NCBI GenBank assembly: GCA_963674965.2
Contig: CAXXFL010000006.1
Location: 64,001 to 128,000, forward strand
Direction of reading: 5' to 3'
Length of the DNA: 64,000 bases
Source: a bacterium
GTDB lineage: Bacteria; RBG-13-61-14; DATKZS01
Position numbers and translations under genes: made by a program. The notes beneath the pieces were generated by a model that ran no database searches, was not told where the DNA came from, and saw nothing but the letters and a program-made list of their open reading frames with translations. This document shows positions 37,909-47,642 of the stretch, piece after piece (positions within the stretch are counted from its first letter, which is position 1; each line of letters opens with the position of its first letter).

Positions 37909-40556
37909 TTACTTCTCCTCCATGTTCTTTTCCCTTTCCTGCATTTGCTTTTCCATCTTATAGTCCAGTCCCATCTTCTCGTTCTTGCCAAAGGCCTGGG
38001 GATGAAGGTACGTGCCCTTCTCGTCCACCGACTTCTCCCGTTCAACGGGAATACGGTTGGCCTCGGCGAAGGCGTCCTTGCGGACGCCCGTCACCTGCCA
38101 TGAGACCTTCATGCCCGGGTCGCCGCCGGAGATAGCGAAGCGGTTGTCGGCTATCTCCTCGGCCACGTAGAGGCCGGGGCCGGCCGCGCCGATGGGGGTC
38201 AACTGATATCGGAAATCCTTGTTCAGGGCCTCGAACCACTCGGGCAGGACCACCTCGGCCCGGCCCGTCTCGTCCAGGACCGCGACCCCGTCGTAGATGT
38301 TCTTCATGTCCGGGCTTTCCACGAAGGAGTGATAAAGGTATTTGTTCTCCGGATCGAGGGGATGATCGATCTTGAACGATCCTGCCCCCTTGGACAGGGT
38401 ACCGGAAACCGTGACGTTGCCTGAGAAGTACCCCGCGTACCTGGTGGCCCCGCCGCCGGTACTGGCGTAAACGCCGTAGGCGGTCCCCGTGTCGGAGGTG
38501 GCGCGTCCGACCACGCCCCAGGCGTTGTCGTCGGCGTAAGCGGTGAAGTATCCTCCGTATCCGTCCGCGGTCGAGCCCGAGGACCCGTTACACAAAGCGT
38601 ATCCGTAAACGCCGTAGCCCGATACGTTCTCGGTGGTATTCATTTCCGCCCTTCCATAAACTCCATAACGGCTGAATAAGGTATGGCTGTTGGAGCCGTA
38701 GACGGCGTAGAGATTGGTATCGGTCACGACGCCCAGTTTCGCGCCGCCCACAACCTCGCTGATTCCGACATTGCCGGCATAGCCTATAACCATCGCGTCC
38801 GAGCCGCTAACGCTGAAAGAGAGGCCGTTAGTGGCGTGATCGTAACCGATATAACCGGGGGACCGGAAGTTATCCGAAAAGACGATCCCGCCGAGACTAT
38901 TGGAGCCGGAGATGATATTGATCATGTTGTCGCCGTCGTTCTCGACCGTCAACACGTCGGTGGCCGGGACTGGATTCGATCCTCCCCCCGAGCCGCCGAA
39001 CACGTGCAGCGTCGTCTCCGGAGCGCCCGTCCCGACTCCCACGTATCCGTTATCGCGGCGGATCGACATATGGGGGCCGTAAACGTTGGAGGACGATTTG
39101 CCATAGAAATAAAGATTGTTATCACCTCCGTCATATTTAAGGGAAATACCGAAAGTGCCGTCGTCGTCCTCGGCCAGGTAAAGCTCGGAGTCCGAGCCGC
39201 TCGAGGATTGAGCGGGGCCTATTATCATTCTCCCGGTGGTGGTCCCGCCGACCAACGTGGCGTTCCCTATCGAGTCGATGGTGAGGCGGGGCTGGGTTTG
39301 CGTATAAAACGACATCGAGTCCGCGGCGTGGTCGTATCTTATCATGCCGGAGTTTCTCATGTCGTCGCTGAACATTATGCCCGCGCCCGAGCTCGAGGTC
39401 GTGATGAGATTGATATATTCCCAGCCGTCGCTCTCGAGGGCCAGGGGATCGTAAGTGGGAAAAGGATTCTGACCGCCTCCCTCGCCCAGGTAAAGATGCA
39501 GCCGGGCCTCGGGAGAGGGCGTTCCCACTCCCACGTATCCGGTCTCGCTGATCCGCATGAGCTCGGCCGGAGCGCTCATCGAGTTCTTGCCGAACACGAT
39601 GCTCCTAAGGTCGGCGTCGTCGTTGTTGGAGTCCATGATGATGGACAGGTTGTCCTCGGCGGAAAGACGGAGGTCGCCGGAGTCGTCGAAAACGTCGCCG
39701 CCAGTTACCGCCACGTCCCCGCTTACGGTCACGTCGTCGGAAAAGAAGAAAAGGCCGTCGTCGTCGTCCCATTCAATATATTCGTCGTCGGCGTCGAAAA
39801 ACAGATAATCGTTATCGCCGTTGCCGCCGTATCCTATCGAAAGGTATCCGTAAAGGCGTCCCGACCACAGAGACGCCGGATCGAGGTAATAATTCCAGTT
39901 GTAAAGGTCGCGAAATTGATTGGCCAGAATCCAGTCCCCCCTGAACTCGGCGACGCCGTCGACCACCAGGTCGGAGGCGCACTGCAGGTCTCCCAGCACC
40001 GTGTCTCCATCCACCAGGACGTAAATGTCCTGAATATCGTCGGCGCCGAGGGAGTGGTCCTCGATTTGGTCCGAGTTGATGGAGCCGTTGGCGACGTTCG
40101 CGCCGGTTATCGTGAGAAGACCGATATCGTCTCCCGTTACCTCGCCGTCCCGGATCATGGCCGAGGTGATCGAGTCGTCGGCAAGACCGCCGGCCTTAAA
40201 GGCGTAGGGCACGCTGGTAAGGCGTTGCCGGGGCGTCATCGTGTCGCCGCCCACCACCAGCTCCATGAAGACGGTGGAGCCATTGAAAACGGAGGGAACC
40301 ATGGTTACCGAGTCTCCAAGAACGACCGAAAAAAGACCCGATTCCACCTCGACCAGCTTGGTTTCCGACCACAGCCTGGCGCCTCCCGCGTCCGAGTTAT
40401 ACAAGGAAAACTCCACCGGAACGCTCATGCCCGTGACGGGATTGCCCGCGGAATCCATAAGACGCCCCTGATAATTGATAGTGCCGGGAACGGACTGCGC
40501 CAAGGACGCGGTAGCCACCAACAAATTCCCCAAACATACAGCCAACCCCTTTTCAT
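37909..40556 (-). CDS. Large secreted fibre/adhesin-like repeat protein; apparent 1-bp frameshift in the signal peptide
   Basis: INYQGRL.D..G.P N-domain, G(Y/N)VG(V/I)GT..P repeats, C-terminal FKIDHPLDP..KYL.HS.VESP domain. The RBS-associated ATG at 40556 is one base out of frame with the body. Confidence 0.75.
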
Positions 40557-40824
40557 TTTTTCCCCTCCTGTTTTGAATGCCCCTAAGAGCCAAGGCCCTT
40601 CCACCCGTCTTTGCAACCCCTATGAAGGACGCTTTAACTTACCACTTAAACTTTCGGAAAACAATGGTTAATTTCCTTTTCTCATTCCCGTAAAACTATT
40701 GATTTCCTAGGAAATATCCAGGGGTCGAGGCCGGATATTTCCGCGTTTTTTCCAATTGACGCGCAAAGCATTTACATTTGCCCGGCATATCTTTGGAAAA
40801 ATCGTATTAATAACGTAATGAGGT

Positions 40825-40853
40825 TTGCATTTTTTTACCAAGTGTGGTAATTT
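40825..40853 (+). promoter_or_regulatory. Putative sigma-70 promoter for the acyl-CoA dehydrogenase
   Basis: TTGCAT-17 bp-TAATTT with TG extension. Confidence 0.5.
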
Positions 40854-40871
40854 TTGTATTCAGCCAGGTAA

Positions 40872-40891
40872 ATGAATGAGCGATCATTCAT
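40872..40891. promoter_or_regulatory. Palindromic operator, TetR/FadR(YsiA)-like box
   Basis: ATGAATGA-GCGA-TCATTCAT with perfect 8-bp arms, downstream of the promoter of a beta-oxidation gene. Confidence 0.7.
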
Positions 40892-40995
40892 CATCCCGCG
40901 CGCGGCGATAATATCTCTTCAACAAGGAGCTCAACAAGGAGCGCGTTTTCGAGTTTTAATTAAGTTCATTTATTTTATATGCCAAGGAGGTAAAC

Positions 40996-42858
40996 ATGGC
41001 GAAGGTTATTGACGAAAGGGACGTCCAGTTCGTTATCTGGGAACAACTGGAGACGGAGAAGTACCTCGACGATCCGGTCTTCAAGGGCTTTGGCAAGGAA
41101 GACATCAACATGATCATCGAGGAGGCCAGGAAGTTCTCGGAGGGAGAGCTTTACCATGCCAACTTCGAGGGCGACAAGGCCGGCGTTCACATAGTCGACG
41201 GCCAGGTCAAGGTCCCCGAGTGCTTCAAGCCCATCTACGACACGCTCTGCGAGGGCGGCTGGATAGGGCTTGGCTCCGAGGAGGAGTACGGCGGCCAGGG
41301 TCTTCCCGACATTTGCGGGTTCCCCGTCACCGAGTACTGGATCGCCGCCGCCATGGCCTTCTCCATGTATCCCGGCCTTACCCGCGCCGCCTTGCATCTG
41401 ATGGAGAACTGCTGCACCAAGGAGCAGAAAGAGAAGTACATGCCCAACATGATCTCCGGCAAGTGGCAGGGCACCATGTGCCTGACCGAGCCCTCCGCCG
41501 GCAGCGCGGTGGGAGACAGCAAGTCCACCGCCAAGAAAAGGGACGACGGCCTCTGGGAAATCCAGGGTTCCAAGATATTCATCAGCGCCGGCGACCACGA
41601 CATGTGCGAGAACCACATCCACCTGGTCCTGGCCCGGGCGGAGGGATCGCCTCCCGGCATCAAGGGCATCTCGCTTTTCATCGTGCCCAAGTACATCATC
41701 AAGGAAGACGGCTCGATCGGCGAGTACAACAACGTCAAGTGCCCCAAGGTTGAGGAAAAGATGGGCATCCACGGCTCCTCCACCTGCGAGCTGGTCTTCG
41801 GCGACGAGGGGACCTGCGTGGGCGAGCTGGTGGGCGAGCTGGACAAGGGCATCAAGTACATGTTCTTCATGATGAACGAGGCCCGCATCGGCACCGGTCT
41901 TCAGGGTCACGGCACGGCCAGCGCCGCCTACCTTCACGCCCTGGCCTACTCCAAGGAGAGGGTGCAGGGAGTGGCCATCGAGAACATGCGCGACGTCAAC
42001 GCCCCCCGCGTCGAGATCATCAAGCACCCCGACGTGAGAAGGATGCTCCTTTCCATGAAGAGCATGACCGAGGGCATGAGGGCCCTCATTTACAAGTGCG
42101 TCATGTTCTCGACCCTCTCGCGCATGGCCAAGACGCCCGAGGAGAAGGAGAAGTATGAGGACAGCCTCGCCCTCCTCACCCCCGTGGTCAAGGCCTATTG
42201 CTCGGACGAGGGCTTCAAGGTCTGCCGCGACGCGGTCCAGGTATACGGCGGATACGGCTACACCTCGGAGTACCCGGTCGAGCAGTACATGAGGGACTGC
42301 AAGATCGCGTCCATTTACGAGGGCACCAACGCCATCCAGGCCCTCGACCTGATCGGAAGAAAGGTCCTCAACATCAAAAAGCAGATGAAGCCCTATAACG
42401 ACCTCGTGGCCGAGATGAAGGCCTTCGTCGACGCCAACAAGGGACACGCCAAGTACGGGAAGACCATCGAGAAGATCGGGGACGCCATCGACGAGCTCGA
42501 CGCCACCACCAAGTTCATCGCGGGCAAGGGCATGGCCGGCGACACGTCCTATCCGGTCATGTACGCCACCCCCTACATGGAGGCATTCGGACACGCCGTG
42601 GTCGGATTCCTCATGGGCGAGCAGCTCATCGTGGCCGATAAGGCCCTCACCGCCCTGGCCGAGTCCAAGGGCGTCAAGGACGACGCGGCCCTGGCCAAGC
42701 TGGTCGAGGACAACGACGACGCCGCCTTCTACCTGGGCAAGATTTACTCGACCACCTTCTTCACCGACTTCCATCTGCCCAACGTCTTCAGCATCTGCAA
42801 GACCATCAAGAGCGAGAACCGCGACATGATAAGCATACCCGAGAGGGCTTTCTCCTGA
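40996..42858 (+). CDS. Acyl-CoA dehydrogenase (long form)
   Basis: GTMCLTEP.AGS, G.KIFIS.G, GISLF.VPK, EEKMGIHGS.TC, MMNEARI, Q..GGYGY..EYP.EQ..RD.KI..IYEGTN.IQ. Confidence 0.96.
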   Translation: MAKVIDERDVQFVIWEQLETEKYLDDPVFKGFGKEDINMIIEEARKFSEGELYHANFEGDKAGVHIVDGQVKVPECFKPIYDTLCEGGWIGLGSEEEYGGQGLPDICGFPVTEYWIAAAMAFSMYPGLTRAALHLMENCCTKEQKEKYMPNMISGKWQGTMCLTEPSAGSAVGDSKSTAKKRDDGLWEIQGSKIFISAGDHDMCENHIHLVLARAEGSPPGIKGISLFIVPKYIIKEDGSIGEYNNVKCPKVEEKMGIHGSSTCELVFGDEGTCVGELVGELDKGIKYMFFMMNEARIGTGLQGHGTASAAYLHALAYSKERVQGVAIENMRDVNAPRVEIIKHPDVRRMLLSMKSMTEGMRALIYKCVMFSTLSRMAKTPEEKEKYEDSLALLTPVVKAYCSDEGFKVCRDAVQVYGGYGYTSEYPVEQYMRDCKIASIYEGTNAIQALDLIGRKVLNIKKQMKPYNDLVAEMKAFVDANKGHAKYGKTIEKIGDAIDELDATTKFIAGKGMAGDTSYPVMYATPYMEAFGHAVVGFLMGEQLIVADKALTALAESKGVKDDAALAKLVEDNDDAAFYLGKIYSTTFFTDFHLPNVFSICKTIKSENRDMISIPERAFS

Positions 42859-42880
42859 TAGAAGCTCGCTATCGAGACCA

Positions 42881-42908
42881 AAGGGCCGGCTCGTTGCCGG
42901 CCCTTTTC
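42881..42908 (+). terminator. Intrinsic terminator
   Basis: AAGGGCCGGC-tcgtt-GCCGGCCCTTTT. Confidence 0.8.
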
Positions 42909-42922
42909 GCTTTCGGCCTCGC

Positions 42923-43043
42923 CTGGGTGGCGGTTTGATTAATAACCGCCGGCGTCCAGCCAGGGACGGGCACTTCCAAGGGATATTCAATGATCACTTC
43001 ATAACCCCGGCTTGAAAGGCTTGATTATTGACGCGCCACCCAG
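42923..43043. repeat. Inverted pair of GGGTGGC-type REP-like hairpins at the left border of the island
   Basis: CTGGGTGGCGGTTTGATTAATAACCGCC and (minus strand) CTGGGTGGCGCGTCAATAATCAAGCC. Confidence 0.6.
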
Positions 43044-43045
43044 GG

Positions 43046-43816
43046 TCAGTGACGTTTGTTTATAATGTCATGCGCCATTTTTTCCATCTCTTTAGCGTCT
43101 TCTTCTCTGCCCATCTTAATATATATGCCCGCCAGGAACTTGTATGACCTTGCCAAATCAGGGTGATCCTTGCCTAAGACGTTCCTGAAAATAGCTTGAG
43201 ACTTTATAAAGAGCTTCTCCGCTTCCTCATAATCACCCATTATTCCTTTCAGGCCTCCAAGGTTCTCCAGCGCAAGAGCATAGTCAAAGCCGTTCGAGCC
43301 AAAATGCTTTTCAAAAAGTTCCAAGGCGCGCCGAATCAATTTTTCAGCTTCGTCATACTTCTCCAGCTTTCTCAAAACCCCGGCAAGATTGTCCAGCGAC
43401 GTCGCGATCTCAGGGTGGTCCTTGCCGTGTATTTTTTCCTCTATATCAATGATCCTCCTGCAAAGAGTCTCCGCCTCGTTATATTTTTTTTGAAGCCAGT
43501 AGATATTGGCAAGGGCGCTCATGTAGCTGGCTACAACGGCGTTTTCAACTCCCAGAACCTTTGAACTGATTTGGATGGTCCTTTCGAAATATCGTTCCGC
43601 TTCGGAATACCTCCCCTGCTTTCTCAGGCAATGGCCTAAATCCTGCATCGCGTACACGACGTCAGGATGCTCCTCGCCATACTTCTCCTCTAAAAGTTCG
43701 TGTATTTCCGAATAGATTGGCTCGGCCTCATCGAACTTGCCCAGGGAGGATAACGCTGAAGCCCGTTTATGCAGTTCAGCGGCTTTTTTTAAAGATTTAT
43801 CTGATCCCATACTCAA
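43046..43816 (-). CDS. Tetratricopeptide-repeat protein (kinesin-light-chain-like TPRs)
   Basis: Repeated G..HP..A.(S/A)L.NLA..Y...G.Y.EAE motif. Confidence 0.9.
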   Translation of the reverse strand: MSMGSDKSLKKAAELHKRASALSSLGKFDEAEPIYSEIHELLEEKYGEEHPDVVYAMQDLGHCLRKQGRYSEAERYFERTIQISSKVLGVENAVVASYMSALANIYWLQKKYNEAETLCRRIIDIEEKIHGKDHPEIATSLDNLAGVLRKLEKYDEAEKLIRRALELFEKHFGSNGFDYALALENLGGLKGIMGDYEEAEKLFIKSQAIFRNVLGKDHPDLARSYKFLAGIYIKMGREEDAKEMEKMAHDIINKRH

Positions 43817-44322
43817 CCCAACGGGGCCTTTTCTTCATTTCTTGCGTCAGAGATGATTATGCCGTTCGCGCGTTCCTTTACTCTCCTCTTTCCAAAATAA
43901 TTATAGAAAAGAAGGCCAGTTTCCCCTAAAGACTCCCACTCATCACGCTCGTAGTTGTACATTAACTCCCAACGATAAGGCCCGTTGCCTGCGTACTTGG
44001 TTATCAACTTGGTTTTTCCATTGAAAAGAGTGACGATTCTCCCAATGAGGTCCGTGACTTTGCCTTGTTCATCAAATTTCAGTTCAAATTCATCATGCCA
44101 TTCATCACAGTAAATCACGTAAGTGTCTTTATAAAATATTATTTCAACTGAGAATTCAGCGTCACTTCGCGCCTCAAAGCGAAAAACAAGGCGCGTCTCG
44201 CCGCCTTCCTTCTCAACGCGAAGATGTCCCTCGTCAATGGGAAAAACATTAAATTCGGCAAGCGATAAAAATATTTCCCTTCGGCTTTGATCTAATTCAT
44301 CTATTGCCATCATTTCCTTCAC
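43813..44322 (-). CDS. Hypothetical protein (AT-rich)
   Basis: ORF overlapping the TPR gene start. Confidence 0.65.
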   Translation of the reverse strand: MKEMMAIDELDQSRREIFLSLAEFNVFPIDEGHLRVEKEGGETRLVFRFEARSDAEFSVEIIFYKDTYVIYCDEWHDEFELKFDEQGKVTDLIGRIVTLFNGKTKLITKYAGNGPYRWELMYNYERDEWESLGETGLLFYNYFGKRRVKERANGIIISDARNEEKAPLG

Positions 44323-44465
44323 TCAATCCCATCATGCTTGTCGAACATCGGGGACGTCCCCGCTGGGAAGGGAAGTCTCGGGCGAGGCCATTTTATGGTT
44401 GAAGACTGGTATAAACATAACTGGCGGTAACCGCCACCCCGCCTTTCTCTCCTTTAACCTCTCCA

Positions 44466-45188
44466 TTATGAAACTTGATTGATAAATTTAATGATACCGT
44501 CTAAGTCCTTCACCTTTTCATAGTCAATTGTCTTTTCTAAGAATTTCCCCAGGTTGACTGAAATATAACCGTAATGTCGATTGATTTCAGAATTCAAAAT
44601 CAAATAATAATCACGGTGCGCGTCAGGAGGCACTCCACAATTTAGAAAAAGACATGAAGGCGTCGTGTAGACCAGCAGTATATCCTTATTATCAATATTA
44701 TATTTACAAAACAAATCGAGATATTGCGCGTTAACCGCTTCACTTTCAGTCGTCCTGCCAATGAAAGGATTAACGACCGGTTGATTGGCCATGCACTCCG
44801 ATGCCTCTTTTGTAAAAGGCCAATTGTAACTTGGATAGGCTAGATAAAATATCCCGTTTGACTTCTTGCAAACAAATTCAAAATCATCCTCATTTAAATA
44901 CAAATAATGCTTGGCCGTGAATAAATGATAAGCCACGCCCATCTTTTTGCTACAGATTAAATACTCGGTATAATAGTCACTTAGTAGCTTATCTTTACAA
45001 TCTATCGGGCCGTATGTTTTAAATAATTTGCTATAACTGAATAATTTCAATAGGTAAGCGCAAAATAGCAAGGGGTCCCCGTTCTCGCTTCCTATAACCG
45101 CGAATGAATATGATCTTTGAAATTGCTTTTTTCTAAAAACGATCACGTTGAAACCCGGGAAAGTCAACCTGGGCCACCCATCCTGCAT
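44466..45188 (-). CDS. Hypothetical protein (very AT-rich), probably 5'-truncated
   Basis: Long AT-rich ORF whose first codons fall inside a REP-like hairpin (45154-45179). Confidence 0.55.
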   Translation of the reverse strand: MQDGWPRLTFPGFNVIVFRKKQFQRSYSFAVIGSENGDPLLFCAYLLKLFSYSKLFKTYGPIDCKDKLLSDYYTEYLICSKKMGVAYHLFTAKHYLYLNEDDFEFVCKKSNGIFYLAYPSYNWPFTKEASECMANQPVVNPFIGRTTESEAVNAQYLDLFCKYNIDNKDILLVYTTPSCLFLNCGVPPDAHRDYYLILNSEINRHYGYISVNLGKFLEKTIDYEKVKDLDGIIKFINQVS

Positions 45189-45222
45189 GGTCGGTATAAG
45201 CCACAGGATGGGCGCCTCCCGT

Positions 45223-45349
45223 GGGTGGCGCGGATAGCTCGCCTATCCGCGAGGCGTAAGCCTTTGGATTAAATGTACGCTACCGTAGGATCGCGGCCCC
45301 CTTTCCCGCGCCTTCGGCGCCCAGATAGCAAAAGCTATCCGGGCCATCC
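45223..45349. repeat. REPIN-like element, GGGTGGC-type
   Basis: GGGTGGCGCGGATAGC...CTATCCGCG and GATAGC-aaaa-GCTATCCGGGCCATCC: 14/16 inverted match plus internal hairpins. Confidence 0.7.
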
Positions 45350-45372
45350 GCCGACGCTTGGCTCCGGCTCGG

Positions 45373-46167
45373 TTATCCTCTCGATCCCAGTCTCAATCCT
45401 CCGTGGATAAAGTACACGTCGCCGGCCAGGGCCTCGTTGCGGAAAATTTCGCATACAAGGGACGCCACTTCCTCGGGCTCGATCAGTCGTCCGATGGGCA
45501 CGTCGCCGAGTATCTTGTCCAGGGCGCTCTGGTTCATGCCCTTGACCATGGGCGTGCCCACGTATCCCGGGGCCACGGCGGCGCAGCGGATTTTATCCGA
45601 CAGTCCCCTCCTGAAGAACTCGGCGGTGATGACCTTGGGCATGACCGACATGGCGGCCTTGGAGGAACTGTAATTGATCTGGCCCGCCGTGCCCAGGGAC
45701 CCGGTCGAGGAGATAAGGCAGATAAGTCCCTTACAGTCGTTGTCGATCATGCGCTGGGAACACTCCCGCACGGTCAGGAAAACCCCCGTCAGGTTGATGT
45801 CGATCACGGCCTTGAAGTTTTCCAGGCTCATTTTTTTCTTGACCTTGCCCGTCTCCTTGTCGGTGGCCACCATGAGGCCGTCCTTTATAATGCCGGCGAA
45901 GGGCGCCACCAGATCGATCCGGCCGAACTTCTCGATGGCCAGATCGGCCAGCTTGCCGTTGTCCTCCTCCTTGGTGACGTCGCAGACCATGGTCGCAACC
46001 TCGCCGCCCATGGCCTTGATCGCCTCGGCCGCCTTGTCCAGCGGCTCCTGGAAAACGTCGGCCAGGACCACCTTGCCGCCCCTCTCGACCCAGTACTTGG
46101 CCAGAGCAAGTCCGATGCCTCCACCACCTCCGGTTATTACCGCGACCGAACCCTTGATCTCAAGCAT
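45373..46167 (-). CDS. Short-chain dehydrogenase/reductase (3-oxoacyl/3-hydroxyacyl-CoA type)
   Basis: Start MLEIKGS with GGAGG RBS; TGGGGGIG, AGI..DG, NYSSSKA (YxxxK). Confidence 0.92.
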   Translation of the reverse strand: MLEIKGSVAVITGGGGGIGLALAKYWVERGGKVVLADVFQEPLDKAAEAIKAMGGEVATMVCDVTKEEDNGKLADLAIEKFGRIDLVAPFAGIIKDGLMVATDKETGKVKKKMSLENFKAVIDINLTGVFLTVRECSQRMIDNDCKGLICLISSTGSLGTAGQINYSSSKAAMSVMPKVITAEFFRRGLSDKIRCAAVAPGYVGTPMVKGMNQSALDKILGDVPIGRLIEPEEVASLVCEIFRNEALAGDVYFIHGGLRLGSRG

Positions 46168-46258
46168 GTTAAAGCCTCCCAAGCGTTTATTTGCCCGGGA
46201 CCGATTATCCGTCCCGGTAATGAACTCGTTCAAGGGCAAAGGCGGCCCTTGCCTTGTG

Positions 46259-47440
46259 TTAAATGACCCGGTCCTTTCTCAGGCGCTCGATTTCCTTTTT
46301 ATTATAACCGACCGACTGAAGTATCTCGTCCGTGTGCTCTCCCAGCTTGGGGGCGGCGCGTGGCCCGTCGGGCTCGATGTCCGAGAATTTAATGGGCATG
46401 GCCACCTGCTTGACCGGTTCTCCGTCCGGCGAGGGACCTTCCACGAACATGCCGCGGCTATTCAGATGCTCGTCGTTCATGGCCTCCTCGATGGTGAGGA
46501 CGGGGGAGGCGCAGGCCTCGGCCCCCGCCAGGAGCTGGGTCCATTCGTCGCGCGTTTTGGTCTTGAATATCTTCTTCAGTTCCTTTTCCAATCGGTCGCG
46601 GTCCTTGCCCATGCCGCTCCAGTGGATTTCCATGAGGTCCATCCTGCCCGCCTTCAGGCAGAAGTTCTGCCAGAATTTTTCCTCGAGCCCCCCGATGGAA
46701 AAATACTTGCCGTCCTTGGTCTCGTATACGCCGTAAACCGGATACCCGCCGTTCAGCTCGCCCTCACCCGGGGCGGGCGACGCGCCCTGGGCCTGAAGCT
46801 CTCCGAAGAGCGTCTGGCCCACGGCCACCAGGCCGTCGAGCATGGACACGTCGATGTATTGGCCCCTCCCGGTCTTCTCGCGATGGTACAGGGCGGCCAT
46901 GACGGCGAAGGCCGCCATCAGCGCGCCGCCGGCTATGTCCGCCGCCTGGATGCCGAGGGGAACGACCGGTCCGCCGCGAAGGCCCGTGACCGAGCCGACG
47001 CCCGAGTAGCCCACGAAGTTGATGTCGTGTCCCGCCCTTCCCGAGTAGGGCCCGTCCTGGCCGTAGCCGGTCAGGGAGCAGTAAATCAACTTGCGATTGT
47101 CGCGGCGGAGCTGGTTATAGCCGATTCCAAGCTTTTCGGTCACGCCGGGCCGGAAGTTCTCGATCACCACGTCGGCTTTTCCGGAAAGGCGCCGGAAAAC
47201 CTCGACGCCGGCCTTGTCCTTCAGGTTCAGCATCACGCTCTTCTTCGAGCGGTTGAGCATGACGAAGGTCGAGCCGAACCGGCCAATACGAGTTGGTCCC
47301 GCCCGGCTGGGATCGCCCTCCGGCGGGGCCTCGATTTTTGTGACCTCCGCGCCGAGATCGGCCAGGATTTGAGTACAAAAGGGACCGGGATAAAATCTCG
47401 TCAGATCCAGCACCCGGATACCCACCAGCAACTGGGCCAT
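46259..47440 (-). CDS. CaiB/BaiF family III CoA-transferase
   Basis: GIRVLDLT...PGP, LADLGA.V.KIE, NRSKKS, ENFRPG, GYGQDGPY, GHDIN. Confidence 0.95.
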   Translation of the reverse strand: MAQLLVGIRVLDLTRFYPGPFCTQILADLGAEVTKIEAPPEGDPSRAGPTRIGRFGSTFVMLNRSKKSVMLNLKDKAGVEVFRRLSGKADVVIENFRPGVTEKLGIGYNQLRRDNRKLIYCSLTGYGQDGPYSGRAGHDINFVGYSGVGSVTGLRGGPVVPLGIQAADIAGGALMAAFAVMAALYHREKTGRGQYIDVSMLDGLVAVGQTLFGELQAQGASPAPGEGELNGGYPVYGVYETKDGKYFSIGGLEEKFWQNFCLKAGRMDLMEIHWSGMGKDRDRLEKELKKIFKTKTRDEWTQLLAGAEACASPVLTIEEAMNDEHLNSRGMFVEGPSPDGEPVKQVAMPIKFSDIEPDGPRAAPKLGEHTDEILQSVGYNKKEIERLRKDRVI

Positions 47441-47642
47441 ATAAACACCTCCCGCGAGATTTTTATATCACAGGACAAAGCGGGGGGCAACGCCGAATTC
47501 TATACTCAGCGGAATACAAAGGAAAAAGACAAGCGAGGAAAGGCCGACGCTCTCGATTCGGCGTGATTCAAAGGACGCCTTGAGTTGTCCGGCGGCCGAT
47601 CCGCTGTTAAATTAAGATCGAAATCTATTAGTTGGAGTTGGC

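Noticed and set aside
37909-40556. Prophage tail fibre
   Set aside because: Has a signal peptide and no neighbouring phage genes; better explained as a cellular surface protein.
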